Shown here: in pieces, positions 19,391-28,924 of the stretch
Position numbering within the stretch: the first letter of the stretch is position 1
How the letters are laid out: each line of letters starts with the position of its first letter
NCBI GenBank assembly: GCA_964593365.1
Contig: CAZQGQ010000001.1
Span: 178,384-242,383 of the forward strand
DNA from: an uncultured Candidatus Saccharibacteria bacterium
Lineage (GTDB): Bacteria; Patescibacteriota; Minisyncoccia; Phycocordibacterales; Phycocordibacteraceae
Length of the DNA stretch: 64,000 bases
Direction: 5' to 3'
Program-made: the position numbers and the translations under genes
The notes under the pieces: generated by a model
What the model saw: only the letters and a program-made list of their open reading frames with translations
What the model was told of the DNA's origin: nothing
Databases searched by the model: none

Positions 19391-20717
19391 CACCTTTCCT
19401 TCGAATGCATATTCAAGGGAAGCGACCCAGGCAACCTTCAATAGACTGAAGGCTTATCTTGATGATGATCGCTGGCTTGCGCGAGGGAATCGATATGCGA
19501 TCAAATGTGTTGATCGTATTCGAAAGGACTATAAGCAAGACTCTAGAACGAAAGTAATTACAAACGATATAGTCGAGAAGCATCTTGCTGAATATATAGC
19601 TGCTTCTGCGCCTGTCCACGCAATAGATGGGTGGGGTTTTTTAGGGAAAGCAATCGCAAGTCACTCAATTGGAGATATTGAGGCATGTAAGCATTTTGCT
19701 TATTATGCGCAGCTTCGAGCTGTCATGTCACTGATGGCCAGTGAAGGTATTGGAGTTTTTGATAACAAGCATTTTGCAATAAAGAATGCGGATCGGAGAA
19801 CTTCGTCTGTGACAGCCCCGAAAAAGAGTTCCACGCATGATTTTGCAGGTTCGCAGTTTAGATCATGGGCAAAATCAAAGAGTTCCGGAGCTCTGCTTGA
19901 GAAGATAATTCGACCCAGAGGTATCTCTCTTGAGGAATGGTTTAAGGAAATTTCACCAACAAAAGTTAGTTGGCTGGCTCAAGACTGGCTTGATCATTGG
20001 GGATATGACTTAAATAAATTTAAGAAAGATCAAGATGCTCGAAACAGAGCAAGTTATAGACCAACAATTCTAGACCGTGACTTAAATTATCGAAACGCTT
20101 CAGTTGTAAGTGACTCGATTGAACTTGTGGATGCGATCTGGAGAATGTGTTCACCTGATAGCGTCGGTGGTTTCAGCCTGGATTTGCAGCTAATGAGAGT
20201 TAGTTGGGATGAATATTCGCGTATGAGAGGAACGACTCCGACTCGAGCTGATAGAGAAAAGGTTTTAAGTGACTTAGGTATCTTGCAACCAGAATTAGGT
20301 AATCTAGTCGACTTTTTTGAACGTACAACTTCATCCGTAGATTCAATCATCTTAACTGAAGCACGTAAGAAAGGTTCACCCGAAGATGTCGATTATCACT
20401 CGCAAATGCTATGTCGTGCCACAATTCTGCTACGTCTTGCCACTGGGGCATCAGCTTCTCTTATAGCAAAGGCTAAGTTCGATAAGGATGATTTGAAGTT
20501 TTGGTCAGATTTTGTTGGTGAGAACTCGGGCTTGTGGGAGTCAGGTGCTCCAAACCCTATTACAGATATGTGGAACGAAGTTGAAGAAGCTTTGCATGAC
20601 CTCAACGTTAAAGCACCCTCAATTAATAATCATTATAAATGGCGTTCTGAACTCGCAAATGAAGTACTGACCTTGTCTGGGTGTGAGCGTATTGGTTTAG
20701 CCCGATTTTGCCTATGA
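19359..20717 (+). CDS. Hypothetical protein with HEPN-like motifs
   Basis: HFAYYAQLRAVMSLMASEG and RNRASY (Rx4Y); the ORF is solid, the fold is inferred. Confidence 0.6.
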   Translation: MPRKTPKKSNNTFPSNAYSREATQATFNRLKAYLDDDRWLARGNRYAIKCVDRIRKDYKQDSRTKVITNDIVEKHLAEYIAASAPVHAIDGWGFLGKAIASHSIGDIEACKHFAYYAQLRAVMSLMASEGIGVFDNKHFAIKNADRRTSSVTAPKKSSTHDFAGSQFRSWAKSKSSGALLEKIIRPRGISLEEWFKEISPTKVSWLAQDWLDHWGYDLNKFKKDQDARNRASYRPTILDRDLNYRNASVVSDSIELVDAIWRMCSPDSVGGFSLDLQLMRVSWDEYSRMRGTTPTRADREKVLSDLGILQPELGNLVDFFERTTSSVDSIILTEARKKGSPEDVDYHSQMLCRATILLRLATGASASLIAKAKFDKDDLKFWSDFVGENSGLWESGAPNPITDMWNEVEEALHDLNVKAPSINNHYKWRSELANEVLTLSGCERIGLARFCL

Positions 20718-21961
20718 AATACATGGGCTCAAAACGTTATATGTTAAATAACGGTCTTGGTACTTTGATACGAGATCAGTTACCTCATGCTAACAGGGTG
20801 ATAGATCCATTTTGTGGAGCAGGATCAGTAATTCAATTTGCAGCAAAGAATTCTGATAAGGAGATAATTGCCGGCGATCTTCAGCAGTATGCAATTGTAC
20901 TCGCAAGGGCTGTTATTGAACGTACAAAGCCAGTTGATGTGCCTATGTTACAGACTAGTTGGTTACTTAAGGCGGAAGAACAACTGTCGAGATCTAAGCT
21001 TTTTCTGCAAGCAAAGAAGAACGACATTAATTATTCCCAAAATGTAGAAGAGTGGGTAAAAAAATCTCGCCAACTATGTGAGATTCCTTCAAAGATTGGA
21101 CCTGTATGGGGTGCTTACGGTGGTCATTACTTCAGTCCTAAGCAAGCGCTTATTATTGATTATCTTATTAAGTGTTTGCCTGAGAAGACCACTGACCGGA
21201 ATGTCTGTTTAGCTGCCCTGATAACTGCAGCTTCAAGATGTGCTGCAGCTCCGGGACATACAGCCCAGCCTTTTCAACCTACTGAAGGTGCTTCTAAGTT
21301 TATAAAGATCTCTTGGAACATGGATGTGCTCAAGTCTTGTTTAAATGCTTTGACTGAGATCGCACCGCTACATGCCAAAACAAATGGTGCTGCATATGTT
21401 GGAAGCGCTGAGAAGCTCACACAAAAAATGCAAAAAGGAGATCTGGTAATAATTGACCCTCCTTATTCAGGGGTACAATATAGTCGTTTTTATCATGTAT
21501 TAGAGACCATCGCGCGTGGCAAATGCGGAAAGGTAGAAGGGGTAGGGCGTTATCCTGTATTGTCAGAGCGCCCTCAGTCGTCTTTTAGTAATGTTGGTCA
21601 ATCTGTCGAAGCTCTCGATATTCTTCTAAAAAAGTTATCAGAGAGAGAAGTTGTCGTAATTTTTACTTTCCCTAAGGGCGATTGCAGTAACGGTTTATCC
21701 GGAAAGGTGATTGCAGACAGTGCAAAAAAGTATTTCACAATAGATAAAAAGAGCAGAACACACCATCATGTAGTGAAGGGTAAGTTCAGCACTTTAGGTG
21801 GAAATAATAAACTTAAACTAAAAAACAACGAGGTTAAAAGATCTCGAGTGACCTCTGAGGAGCTTATCCTCCTTCTTAAGCCGAGAGTATCAAAGTCAGT
21901 ATCACGTAGCAAACAAAAACAAAAGATAAAAACACGTAAGAGCTATGCACAATATCGGTAA
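20714..21961 (+). CDS. DNA N6-adenine methyltransferase (D12 class)
   Basis: KYMGSK, IDPFCGAGSV, IIDPPY..QYSRFYHVLETIA; ATGA overlap with the upstream gene. Confidence 0.9.
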   Translation: MKYMGSKRYMLNNGLGTLIRDQLPHANRVIDPFCGAGSVIQFAAKNSDKEIIAGDLQQYAIVLARAVIERTKPVDVPMLQTSWLLKAEEQLSRSKLFLQAKKNDINYSQNVEEWVKKSRQLCEIPSKIGPVWGAYGGHYFSPKQALIIDYLIKCLPEKTTDRNVCLAALITAASRCAAAPGHTAQPFQPTEGASKFIKISWNMDVLKSCLNALTEIAPLHAKTNGAAYVGSAEKLTQKMQKGDLVIIDPPYSGVQYSRFYHVLETIARGKCGKVEGVGRYPVLSERPQSSFSNVGQSVEALDILLKKLSEREVVVIFTFPKGDCSNGLSGKVIADSAKKYFTIDKKSRTHHHVVKGKFSTLGGNNKLKLKNNEVKRSRVTSEELILLLKPRVSKSVSRSKQKQKIKTRKSYAQYR

Positions 21962-22823
21962 AAAGATAACTATATATCTCGTTACAGGACTTCCAAAAGG
22001 AGTTCGAGAGGCCCGTATCGATCAGTGGAGTGGTAAAGCAGTTTGCGGTCCTCGAAACGCATTAAAAGAGATAATCGCTTTGCCTGAAGTTGAGTCGGGC
22101 GCATGTATATATTTTCTTATAGGCATTCCAGATGACGGAGGGTTGCTTGATGTATATGTTGGAGAAGCAGATGGGTTTAAAGAAAGAATTAAACACCATG
22201 ACTACAAGAAAGAGTGGTGGCAAGACGTTGTAGTATTTGTCAGTCAAGATAAATCACTTACAAAAACGGGAATTCAGTATCTTGAGAGTGTTTGTATCGA
22301 GCGTCTAAAGCAGATTGGCAAATGTAATCTTAAGAATGGTAATAGTCCCTCTCTACCTACAACGCCTAAGGAAGACTTAAGTGGTCTCGAACTGTTTTAT
22401 ATGAATCTTGCAACAATTATGCCCTTGCTTGGTTATGATATCTTTGTTCAAAACGAAAAATCACCTGGTAAGAATACGGTAGAGAGTCCAGTTTTTACGT
22501 GCAAGAAAGGAGTGAATATTGTTGCGGAAGCATATTTACTCGAAGATGGAAAAATGCGTGTTTTAAAAGGGTCAAAAGCGTCAGCAGAAGAAACACCTTC
22601 TTTTCAAAGCCATCCATATAAAAAACTAAAAAATGAGTTAATAAAAATCAATCGCTTGGTACCTCAAGGTGACATTCTTATCTTTTCTGATGATTACGTT
22701 TTTGACAGCTCAAGCGCTGCATCAGCCGTTATACAAGCTCGATCTTCACCGGGACCTATAGAATGGAAACTGAAAAAGGGAGGTAAAACTTTGAGAGAGT
22801 ATCTAAACTCAAAGATTCAATGA
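21945..22823 (+). CDS. GIY-YIG nuclease-like protein with C-terminal DUF4357
   Basis: CIYFL...VYVGEA...RIKHH...YLE; VLKGS...YVFDSSSAASAV...GPIEWK. Confidence 0.85.
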   Translation: MHNIGKKITIYLVTGLPKGVREARIDQWSGKAVCGPRNALKEIIALPEVESGACIYFLIGIPDDGGLLDVYVGEADGFKERIKHHDYKKEWWQDVVVFVSQDKSLTKTGIQYLESVCIERLKQIGKCNLKNGNSPSLPTTPKEDLSGLELFYMNLATIMPLLGYDIFVQNEKSPGKNTVESPVFTCKKGVNIVAEAYLLEDGKMRVLKGSKASAEETPSFQSHPYKKLKNELIKINRLVPQGDILIFSDDYVFDSSSAASAVIQARSSPGPIEWKLKKGGKTLREYLNSKIQ

Positions 22824-23024
22824 GAGTTATAACTGCAGAAGCCATATTTTAATCTTCTCAGGTATTGAGACACGTCGCTTTAAACACTTCATACAACAGT
22901 ATAAGTTATTGATCTCACGCAATTTTCACGACCCTTTTTGTATCCTTCATAGCGTGAAAAACACCCGTGTCTTCAAGCAAGAAACGGGCGTTTTTCATTT
23001 TCTTATCAGCTCATAACAAAAACT

Positions 23025-23537
23025 ATGACTTATAAGAACACGCAGGTTCTCACAGGATTCTCGATCATTATGGCCGCCGCGGTACTTGCCGCCGCTGCAG
23101 CATCCCTCCCATCTCAAGCTGCTGCAGACAATGGGTCTAAGGCAATGAAGCTTGATAACGGGCTCTCAGTATCAATTGGAACTAACGGCAACGTGCTCGT
23201 GCGAGGTGCGGAAGTGGAAAAGGTCTCAGGAGGCGTCGTGACCGCACGAACTGCCTGGGGCGACACGGATATATCCTGGCGCGTCCAAACGGATAGCGAT
23301 ACGGATATCCTTACCAAGTCCGGATCTAACTCGTCCTTCGCTGACGTAACCGTTGGCGACGAGATCAGCTTCAGCGGATCGCTTGATTCCAATGACGGCT
23401 CCTTCGCTGTCGATGCAAGCGTCTTGAAGAACTGGTCTGAAGACGATGAGGATGACAAGCCACAAGGAAATGCGTGGGGTTCATGGAAGAAATGGGGCGA
23501 CAAGGTCTCTAACTCCTTCAGCTTCTGGCATAAATAG
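23025..23537 (+). CDS. Secreted protein (DUF5666-like beta domain)
   Basis: Signal peptide; FADVTVGDEISFSG. Confidence 0.65.
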   Translation: MTYKNTQVLTGFSIIMAAAVLAAAAASLPSQAAADNGSKAMKLDNGLSVSIGTNGNVLVRGAEVEKVSGGVVTARTAWGDTDISWRVQTDSDTDILTKSGSNSSFADVTVGDEISFSGSLDSNDGSFAVDASVLKNWSEDDEDDKPQGNAWGSWKKWGDKVSNSFSFWHK

Positions 23538-23651
23538 CCAAAGCTCTCTAAAAGGCATCTGACGCACAAACCCGGCTTCTGCCGGGTTTGTTGTATAGCG
23601 ATCTCCACGCTTCATAAAAAGCGCATACGGGCCCTTGGTACAATTTAAGAT

Positions 23652-24077
23652 ATGTCACATTCAGCAACTGCATCAACCATTATCAACGCCCCCAAGGAGA
23701 AGGTTTGGGACGCCCTTACCAAGCCTGAGCAGGTAAAGGAGTACTTCTTCGGGACAGATCTCGTCACTACCTGGGAGCCAGGAAGCCCGGTGTATTTCAG
23801 GGGCGAGTGGGAAGGGAAGAAATACGAGGATAAGGGAACAGTGCTCACCTTCAACCCGCCCGAGAGCATGTCGTATGACTACTGGAGCAACTTAAGCGGA
23901 GACGAGGATATCCCTGAAAACTACCAGCTCCTTTGCTACACCCTGGAGGACGTTCCAGAGGGTACGAAAGTAACGATCGATCAGTCGAACGTGGACACGC
24001 AAGAACGCGCTGATCACTCAGCGGAGAACTGGAAGGGGGTCCTCAAAGGACTGAAGTCGTTTGTTGAAGGAGCTTAG
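23652..24077 (+). CDS. SRPBCC/AHSA1-family protein
   Basis: INAPKEKVWDALTKPE...GTKVTIDQ...NWKGVLKGLK. Confidence 0.9.
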   Translation: MSHSATASTIINAPKEKVWDALTKPEQVKEYFFGTDLVTTWEPGSPVYFRGEWEGKKYEDKGTVLTFNPPESMSYDYWSNLSGDEDIPENYQLLCYTLEDVPEGTKVTIDQSNVDTQERADHSAENWKGVLKGLKSFVEGA

Positions 24078-24277
24078 GCTCGCTTCACGTTGCCTGCGTA
24101 CGGGCCCTTCTTGCTCGGGATCACAGTGAAGGTGACTTTGTCGCCTACCTTGAGTTCCTTGAAGTCGACTCCGACGACGGCATCTGCATGGAAAAACAGT
24201 CGGTCCTTGAGACCTACGCGCTTGATGAAACCTGATGATCGGTCGCCGAGTTCAGCGATAACGCCTTTGTTGTGCAT
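24074..24277 (-). CDS. Cold-shock domain protein (divergent)
   Basis: GFI...LFFHA...LKVGDKVTF...KGPYAGNV. Confidence 0.85.
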   Translation of the reverse strand: MHNKGVIAELGDRSSGFIKRVGLKDRLFFHADAVVGVDFKELKVGDKVTFTVIPSKKGPYAGNVKRA

Positions 24278-24343
24278 GGAAAAGAGAGTTTGTGTGACGT
24301 ACCAGGTGCCGAAAGCGCCCTTTCGGGCGCTTTCGATTGTCGG

Positions 24344-24544
24344 TTAGACGCGGCTGACGCGAACTGCCTTGGGTCCTTTCGGGCCCTCCTCAACTTCGAA
24401 AGTCACCGAGTCGCCCATCTGAAGTTCTTCGAACTTCACGTTCACGAGTTCGTTGAGGTGGAAGAAGAGATCTTTTTCCACTCCGTCTCGCTTGATGAAG
24501 CCGAAGCCTTTTTCAGTCAGGCCCGCAATTGTTCCTTGCTGCAT
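24344..24544 (-). CDS. Cold-shock domain protein
   Basis: KGFGFI (RNP1), LFFH (RNP2), GPKGPKAVRV. Confidence 0.93.
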   Translation of the reverse strand: MQQGTIAGLTEKGFGFIKRDGVEKDLFFHLNELVNVKFEELQMGDSVTFEVEEGPKGPKAVRVSRV

Positions 24545-24671
24545 GAGAGTCGTATGTGTCGATACACCTGATAAACATCAAGTGCAGGAGGCTGACCATC
24601 GAAACCCGACTCGCTTCTTGTATACAGCTCTGCGATTGACCTACGGATACTAACGTAAAAGAGGGATTTCG

Positions 24672-25529
24672 TCAATCAAACACCTGTTCCGGGTACACAT
24701 GCTCTATCTCAGGCAGCACGTCAGGGATGGTGCTCACGGTCTCTACTGTTCCTGCTTCCTGGTCGATATAGAGGAGCGCGCTCGCCACATTGTTGTCATA
24801 GCGCAGTTCCTCAAGGCGAAGAAGCGGGTTCACGTTGAAGGTCAGGCGGTATTCTCCGGTCGGAAGATCAGTGATATCCAAATCCTGGTCCGGGTAGTCG
24901 TAGAAGTAGGTGTCACCCCAGCCGATCGAGACTCCTTGGAGCTCTTTCCAGCACACCTTGTAGAGCGCGTCTTCTGAGCGGTTAGGAAGATCGAGCGCGA
25001 CCCGGCTGATGTCGCGGAGGCAGAACGTCGCCTTCTCGCTCCAGGTTCGCTTCTCGCTCTCATCTCCTTCGGTCGAGAGCGAGTACTCTACGAAATCGCT
25101 GTAATGGTAATGGAGATGCTCTTGGTGCCAAAGGAAGTTCCCGACGATCCTGTCTCGGTACGCGTCATCGTTTCGGTAGATGCGCTGGAACACGTCACGC
25201 TCGATGTCTTCGCGGATTCCTGCGGTAGCTTCGTCTGCGCGAAGCTCCATGACTCCGTCGCCTTGGTTGTAATAGACGGTACTGAAAAGAAGATAAGTTC
25301 GGCCGGCAGATTCCTGGACAACGACATCTTGGGGCGGAAGGGGAACAAGATCAGGGAGCAAATCTCCTGAAGCGCGTCGTTCATCCAGAACCTCTTGGGT
25401 TTCTGGCACGATCACTTCTTTCTTAGGAGCGTTCTCCATAATGGCAAACGCCGCTACCGGTATCAGGGCTACCAGCAGGAGAATGAGAAGGGGATGGCGA
25501 CGAATCGTTCCTTTTATATCGTGGGACAT
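24672..25529 (-). CDS. Lysyl oxidase-family protein, membrane-anchored
   Basis: WHQEHLHYH copper motif, KATFCL, QGVSIGWGDTY, ELRYDNN. Confidence 0.85.
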   Translation of the reverse strand: MSHDIKGTIRRHPLLILLLVALIPVAAFAIMENAPKKEVIVPETQEVLDERRASGDLLPDLVPLPPQDVVVQESAGRTYLLFSTVYYNQGDGVMELRADEATAGIREDIERDVFQRIYRNDDAYRDRIVGNFLWHQEHLHYHYSDFVEYSLSTEGDESEKRTWSEKATFCLRDISRVALDLPNRSEDALYKVCWKELQGVSIGWGDTYFYDYPDQDLDITDLPTGEYRLTFNVNPLLRLEELRYDNNVASALLYIDQEAGTVETVSTIPDVLPEIEHVYPEQVFD

Positions 25530-25593
25530 GAAAGTATCAGAACTTAGTCCCCTCATAATGACCTTGAAACGAGCTAGATGCAATTCGAACTAG

Positions 25594-25609
25594 TTCATCA
25601 AGGCTTCAT
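25594..25609 (+). promoter_or_regulatory. TTCAT-N6-TTCAT box upstream of the M23 peptidase
   Basis: TTCATCAAGGCTTCAT followed 10 nt later by TATATT. Confidence 0.5.
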
Positions 25610-25642
25610 GCAAAGTTGCTATATTCTTGCCATACTTACTCT

Positions 25643-27043
25643 ATGAACATATTCCATCGCTTGGGCGTCATCGCCTTCATCGCTGTCTTCTTTATTCTTT
25701 CGCTTCCAGCTGCTACTAACGCTCAGTCGAGGAACCGTTCCTATGATCGCGACGCATGGGAGCAGTGGCGTGAGCAGTGGGAAGATTCTGAGGAAGGAGA
25801 CTCAGATGACGGGGACGAAGACAACGAAGAGCGCTATTCGGAGTCCCGCCGCACTTCAAGCGCGATGCGAAATAAGATAAACGACCTTGATGAGGACGCG
25901 GTCGACAATATACCGATCCCGATACTCTTTGGCGTCGAGGTACGAGACCTCTTCCCGAACTTCGGAGATCCTCGAGACGGAGGAAGTCGCTCGCACGAGG
26001 GCTTCGACATCATGGCCGCCGAAGGCACGCCCATCGTCTCCCCGACTGAAGCAGTCGTGCTCCGGACGAGCAAGGGATCAAGCGCAGGAAACTATGTCAC
26101 GACCGCAAACCCGGGCGAGGAAACCTTCGTCTACATGCACCTTGATGAGATTGCAGACATCGATGACGGGGACGTGCTCAAAGTAGGAGACATCATCGGC
26201 TACGTCGGTAACACCGGAAACGCTTCCGGAGGACCAGCGCATCTCCACCTTGAGATTCGCGATGATGATCGCGATCCGACCGACCCGTACCCACGCCTCT
26301 CTCGCGTCTTCTCGCTTGAAGACAAGATGGAGTATCTCGAAGACATTCTCAAAGACGTCGATGACGAAGAGGAATTCGCGGAGTTCCTAGTCGCCCAGTA
26401 CCGAAACGATTTCGTAGCAGCGCGTAACGCCTCTATCGAACTTCCGGAAGAGATTGAAGACGCGCTTGGAAGTTCAGCAGGGATTGTTGTCACGGCAGCA
26501 GCCGGAGACGATCTTACGCTCGGTTCACAGGGCGCGAAAGTCACCGCGCTCCAAAGCTTCCTGATCTCAAACAACGCAGGGGTGAGCGCCCGTGCGCTTG
26601 CAAACGCTGGCGCAACCGGCTACTTCGGCCCCATCACGCAGCAGGCGCTTATCGAATACCAGAAATCAGCTGGCATCACGCCTGCAACCGGCTACTACGG
26701 CGCAACGACCCGCGCACGCATTCTGAAGACCGAAGTGCCTAAGCCCCCAACCGCAAGCTCGTCAGCCTCAGAAACGATTCCTGCTCCTGCAGGACAGATG
26801 CCAACGACTGACCTCGTGCTCGGTTCTCGCGGAAGCGCAGTCGTGTGGCTCCAGGACTACCTCATCAAGAAGAGCGTCGGCCTTGCAGCAGAAGACCTTA
26901 AGAAGGCTACCGCAACCGGCTACTTCGGTGCGATCACGCAGAAAGCCCTCATGGAGTACCAGAGCGCAAATAGCATCACTCCTTCAAACGGAAACTTCGG
27001 TCCAGAAACGCGAGCGCATATCGCGGCGACCGAAGCCCTCTAA
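25643..27043 (+). CDS. M23 peptidase with two peptidoglycan-binding domains
   Basis: HEGFDI, YMHL, GNTGNA...HLHLEI; two ATGYFGxIT repeats. Confidence 0.92.
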   Translation: MNIFHRLGVIAFIAVFFILSLPAATNAQSRNRSYDRDAWEQWREQWEDSEEGDSDDGDEDNEERYSESRRTSSAMRNKINDLDEDAVDNIPIPILFGVEVRDLFPNFGDPRDGGSRSHEGFDIMAAEGTPIVSPTEAVVLRTSKGSSAGNYVTTANPGEETFVYMHLDEIADIDDGDVLKVGDIIGYVGNTGNASGGPAHLHLEIRDDDRDPTDPYPRLSRVFSLEDKMEYLEDILKDVDDEEEFAEFLVAQYRNDFVAARNASIELPEEIEDALGSSAGIVVTAAAGDDLTLGSQGAKVTALQSFLISNNAGVSARALANAGATGYFGPITQQALIEYQKSAGITPATGYYGATTRARILKTEVPKPPTASSSASETIPAPAGQMPTTDLVLGSRGSAVVWLQDYLIKKSVGLAAEDLKKATATGYFGAITQKALMEYQSANSITPSNGNFGPETRAHIAATEAL

Positions 27044-27049
27044 GCCACA

Positions 27050-27673
27050 ATGAACTCAGGACGCATCATCGGGTTTATCATTCTTGGACTCTTCCTCTTA
27101 TTCTTCTGGTTCCTCATGGAGAAGGGAGCAGAAGTAGCGCCTGAAGTGCCCATCGAAACAGTGGAGAATGAGCCCTACGGCTACCGCTTCTCGCATTCTT
27201 CCGGCTATTCAATGTATGACCACGGCTCTGAGTATCTTTCAGTCGGGACACCGACCGAGGATGGGTTCGAGTCTGCAGTTGACCTTATCGTGAGCGAGAA
27301 CGGAACGGACACGACGTTCGAAAGCTTCGATGCGTTCGCGCTCTCTCGGGCACAGACCTTCTGCGCCGCAGACGGGCCGGGCGAATCGATGAGCTGCACG
27401 GACATCATGGAGCGCAACTCCTTCACGACCGAAAGCGGTCTAAAAGGAGAAGAGCTCTATCTAACCTTGGTCCGTACCAACCTGCGAGACGGCACATCGG
27501 TCGAAGGAAGGTTCGGCCCCGTGTTTGTCTTTGACATAAGCAATCACGCGATGGGCTCTGAGTATGCGGCGCTGTTCGTGTATGAGCCTCTCTACTCCTT
27601 CTTCGAGAACCCGAACCCAGACCTCGTGCGCGATATCGCAGCATCAGTGGAAACCTTCGAACCGAGGCGCTGA
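27050..27673 (+). CDS. Hypothetical membrane-anchored protein
   Basis: N-terminal TM; CAADGP...C. Confidence 0.7.
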   Translation: MNSGRIIGFIILGLFLLFFWFLMEKGAEVAPEVPIETVENEPYGYRFSHSSGYSMYDHGSEYLSVGTPTEDGFESAVDLIVSENGTDTTFESFDAFALSRAQTFCAADGPGESMSCTDIMERNSFTTESGLKGEELYLTLVRTNLRDGTSVEGRFGPVFVFDISNHAMGSEYAALFVYEPLYSFFENPNPDLVRDIAASVETFEPRR

Positions 27674-27694
27674 CCCCGTGCTATCCTAGTGCGC

Positions 27695-28123
27695 ATGACC
27701 CCCGACCTACTCGTGTTTGGCCCGCTTGAGATGCAGTTCACGTTTAGCCTCGTGCTTGCCTTGGTGCTCGGGCTTGTGATCGGCGCTGAGCGCGAGACGC
27801 GCGGCAAGGATGCCGGCATCTCAACGCACATACTCGTTATCGCAGGAGCGATGCTCTTTACGCTTATCTCCAATATCGTTGACCCGCTCTCAACCTCCCG
27901 CATCGCTTCCCAGATCGTCGTTGGTATCGGCTTCCTTGGCGCCGGCCTCATCTTGAAGGATGGCGTTACGGTCCGTAACCTCACGACCGCGGCAAGTCTT
28001 TGGTTTTCAGCTGCGGTTGGTATGGCAATCGGCTACGAGTTCTACACAATAGCGATCATCGGAGGCATTGCGGCAGTCATCATCCCTCGCATCCCAAGCC
28101 TCAATAAGCACGGAGGTGAATAA
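27695..28123 (+). CDS. MgtC/SapB family protein
   Basis: IGAERE...AGISTH, RIASQIVVGIGFLGAGLI, LTTAASLW. Confidence 0.93.
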   Translation: MTPDLLVFGPLEMQFTFSLVLALVLGLVIGAERETRGKDAGISTHILVIAGAMLFTLISNIVDPLSTSRIASQIVVGIGFLGAGLILKDGVTVRNLTTAASLWFSAAVGMAIGYEFYTIAIIGGIAAVIIPRIPSLNKHGGE

Positions 28124-28161
28124 CGCTCCTTTCTCCTTTTCTTCGGGCTACCATTACCTCT

Positions 28162-28923
28162 ATGAGCCTGCGCCGCGGTCTTTTGCATAACGCTTTCCAA
28201 AACGAGAAGGCGAAGGTCTTCTACGTTGTTAACGACCTGGTTGCGCTTGTCATCCTCGCTTCCGTCACGACTGTCATTTTGGAGACGGTTCCTGAGCTCT
28301 TTTCTCGCTACCAAGGCGTCTTCGTCACGATAGAAATCTTCTTCCTAGTCTTCTTTACGGTCGAATACATACTGCGCATCTATACCGCACCCAATAGGCT
28401 CAAATACATATTTAGCCCGCTTGGTCTTTTGGACGCCATCGCGCTTCTACCGAGCCTCTTCCTGCTTGGCGCGACGACCGAGCTCCATCTCCTATGGGTG
28501 TTCCGCCTCCTTCGCATCTTGCGATTGCTTCGCACCGCGCGATTGGTACGCTTCCTTGCTCCACGGAAACAGGACCGCGAGCGGATCACTCGCATTGCAA
28601 GCAATGTCCATTGGATCAACATAGAGATTTATCTCTTTGCGCTCATGCTTGTCGTCGTATTCTCGGCGACCCTCATGCACTTTGCTGAAGGCATGCTTCC
28701 CGGAAGCCACTTCGCCACTATTCCTGACGGCATGTGGTGGGCGATCGTGACTATCACCTCGGTAGGGTATGGAGACGCGGTACCAGTCACTGCGCTTGGA
28801 AAAGTGATCGCATCAGGCACGATGCTCGCGGGCCTCGCGCTCTTTGGCATCATGCTCGTGGTTGTCGGCAAGAGTTTGCAGGAAGCCCTGTTCGGGTCCG
28901 AGGTTGTAAGTCATAAGAAATAA
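28162..28923 (+). CDS. Six-TM voltage-gated-type potassium channel
   Basis: S4 RLLRILRLLR; WWAIVTITSVGYGD filter. Confidence 0.92.
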   Translation: MSLRRGLLHNAFQNEKAKVFYVVNDLVALVILASVTTVILETVPELFSRYQGVFVTIEIFFLVFFTVEYILRIYTAPNRLKYIFSPLGLLDAIALLPSLFLLGATTELHLLWVFRLLRILRLLRTARLVRFLAPRKQDRERITRIASNVHWINIEIYLFALMLVVVFSATLMHFAEGMLPGSHFATIPDGMWWAIVTITSVGYGDAVPVTALGKVIASGTMLAGLALFGIMLVVVGKSLQEALFGSEVVSHKK

Positions 28924-28924
28924 T

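Larger units (their letters stand above)
17852..22823 (+). mobile_element. AT-rich four-gene accessory island (candidate defence system) at tRNA-Gln
   Basis: Visible composition shift, overlapping genes, tRNA-adjacent; no integrase or att repeat found. Confidence 0.65.

Noticed and set aside
22824-23024. attR copy of the tRNA-Gln 3' end closing the defence island
   Set aside because: No recognisable repeat found by eye, so the right boundary rests on composition only.
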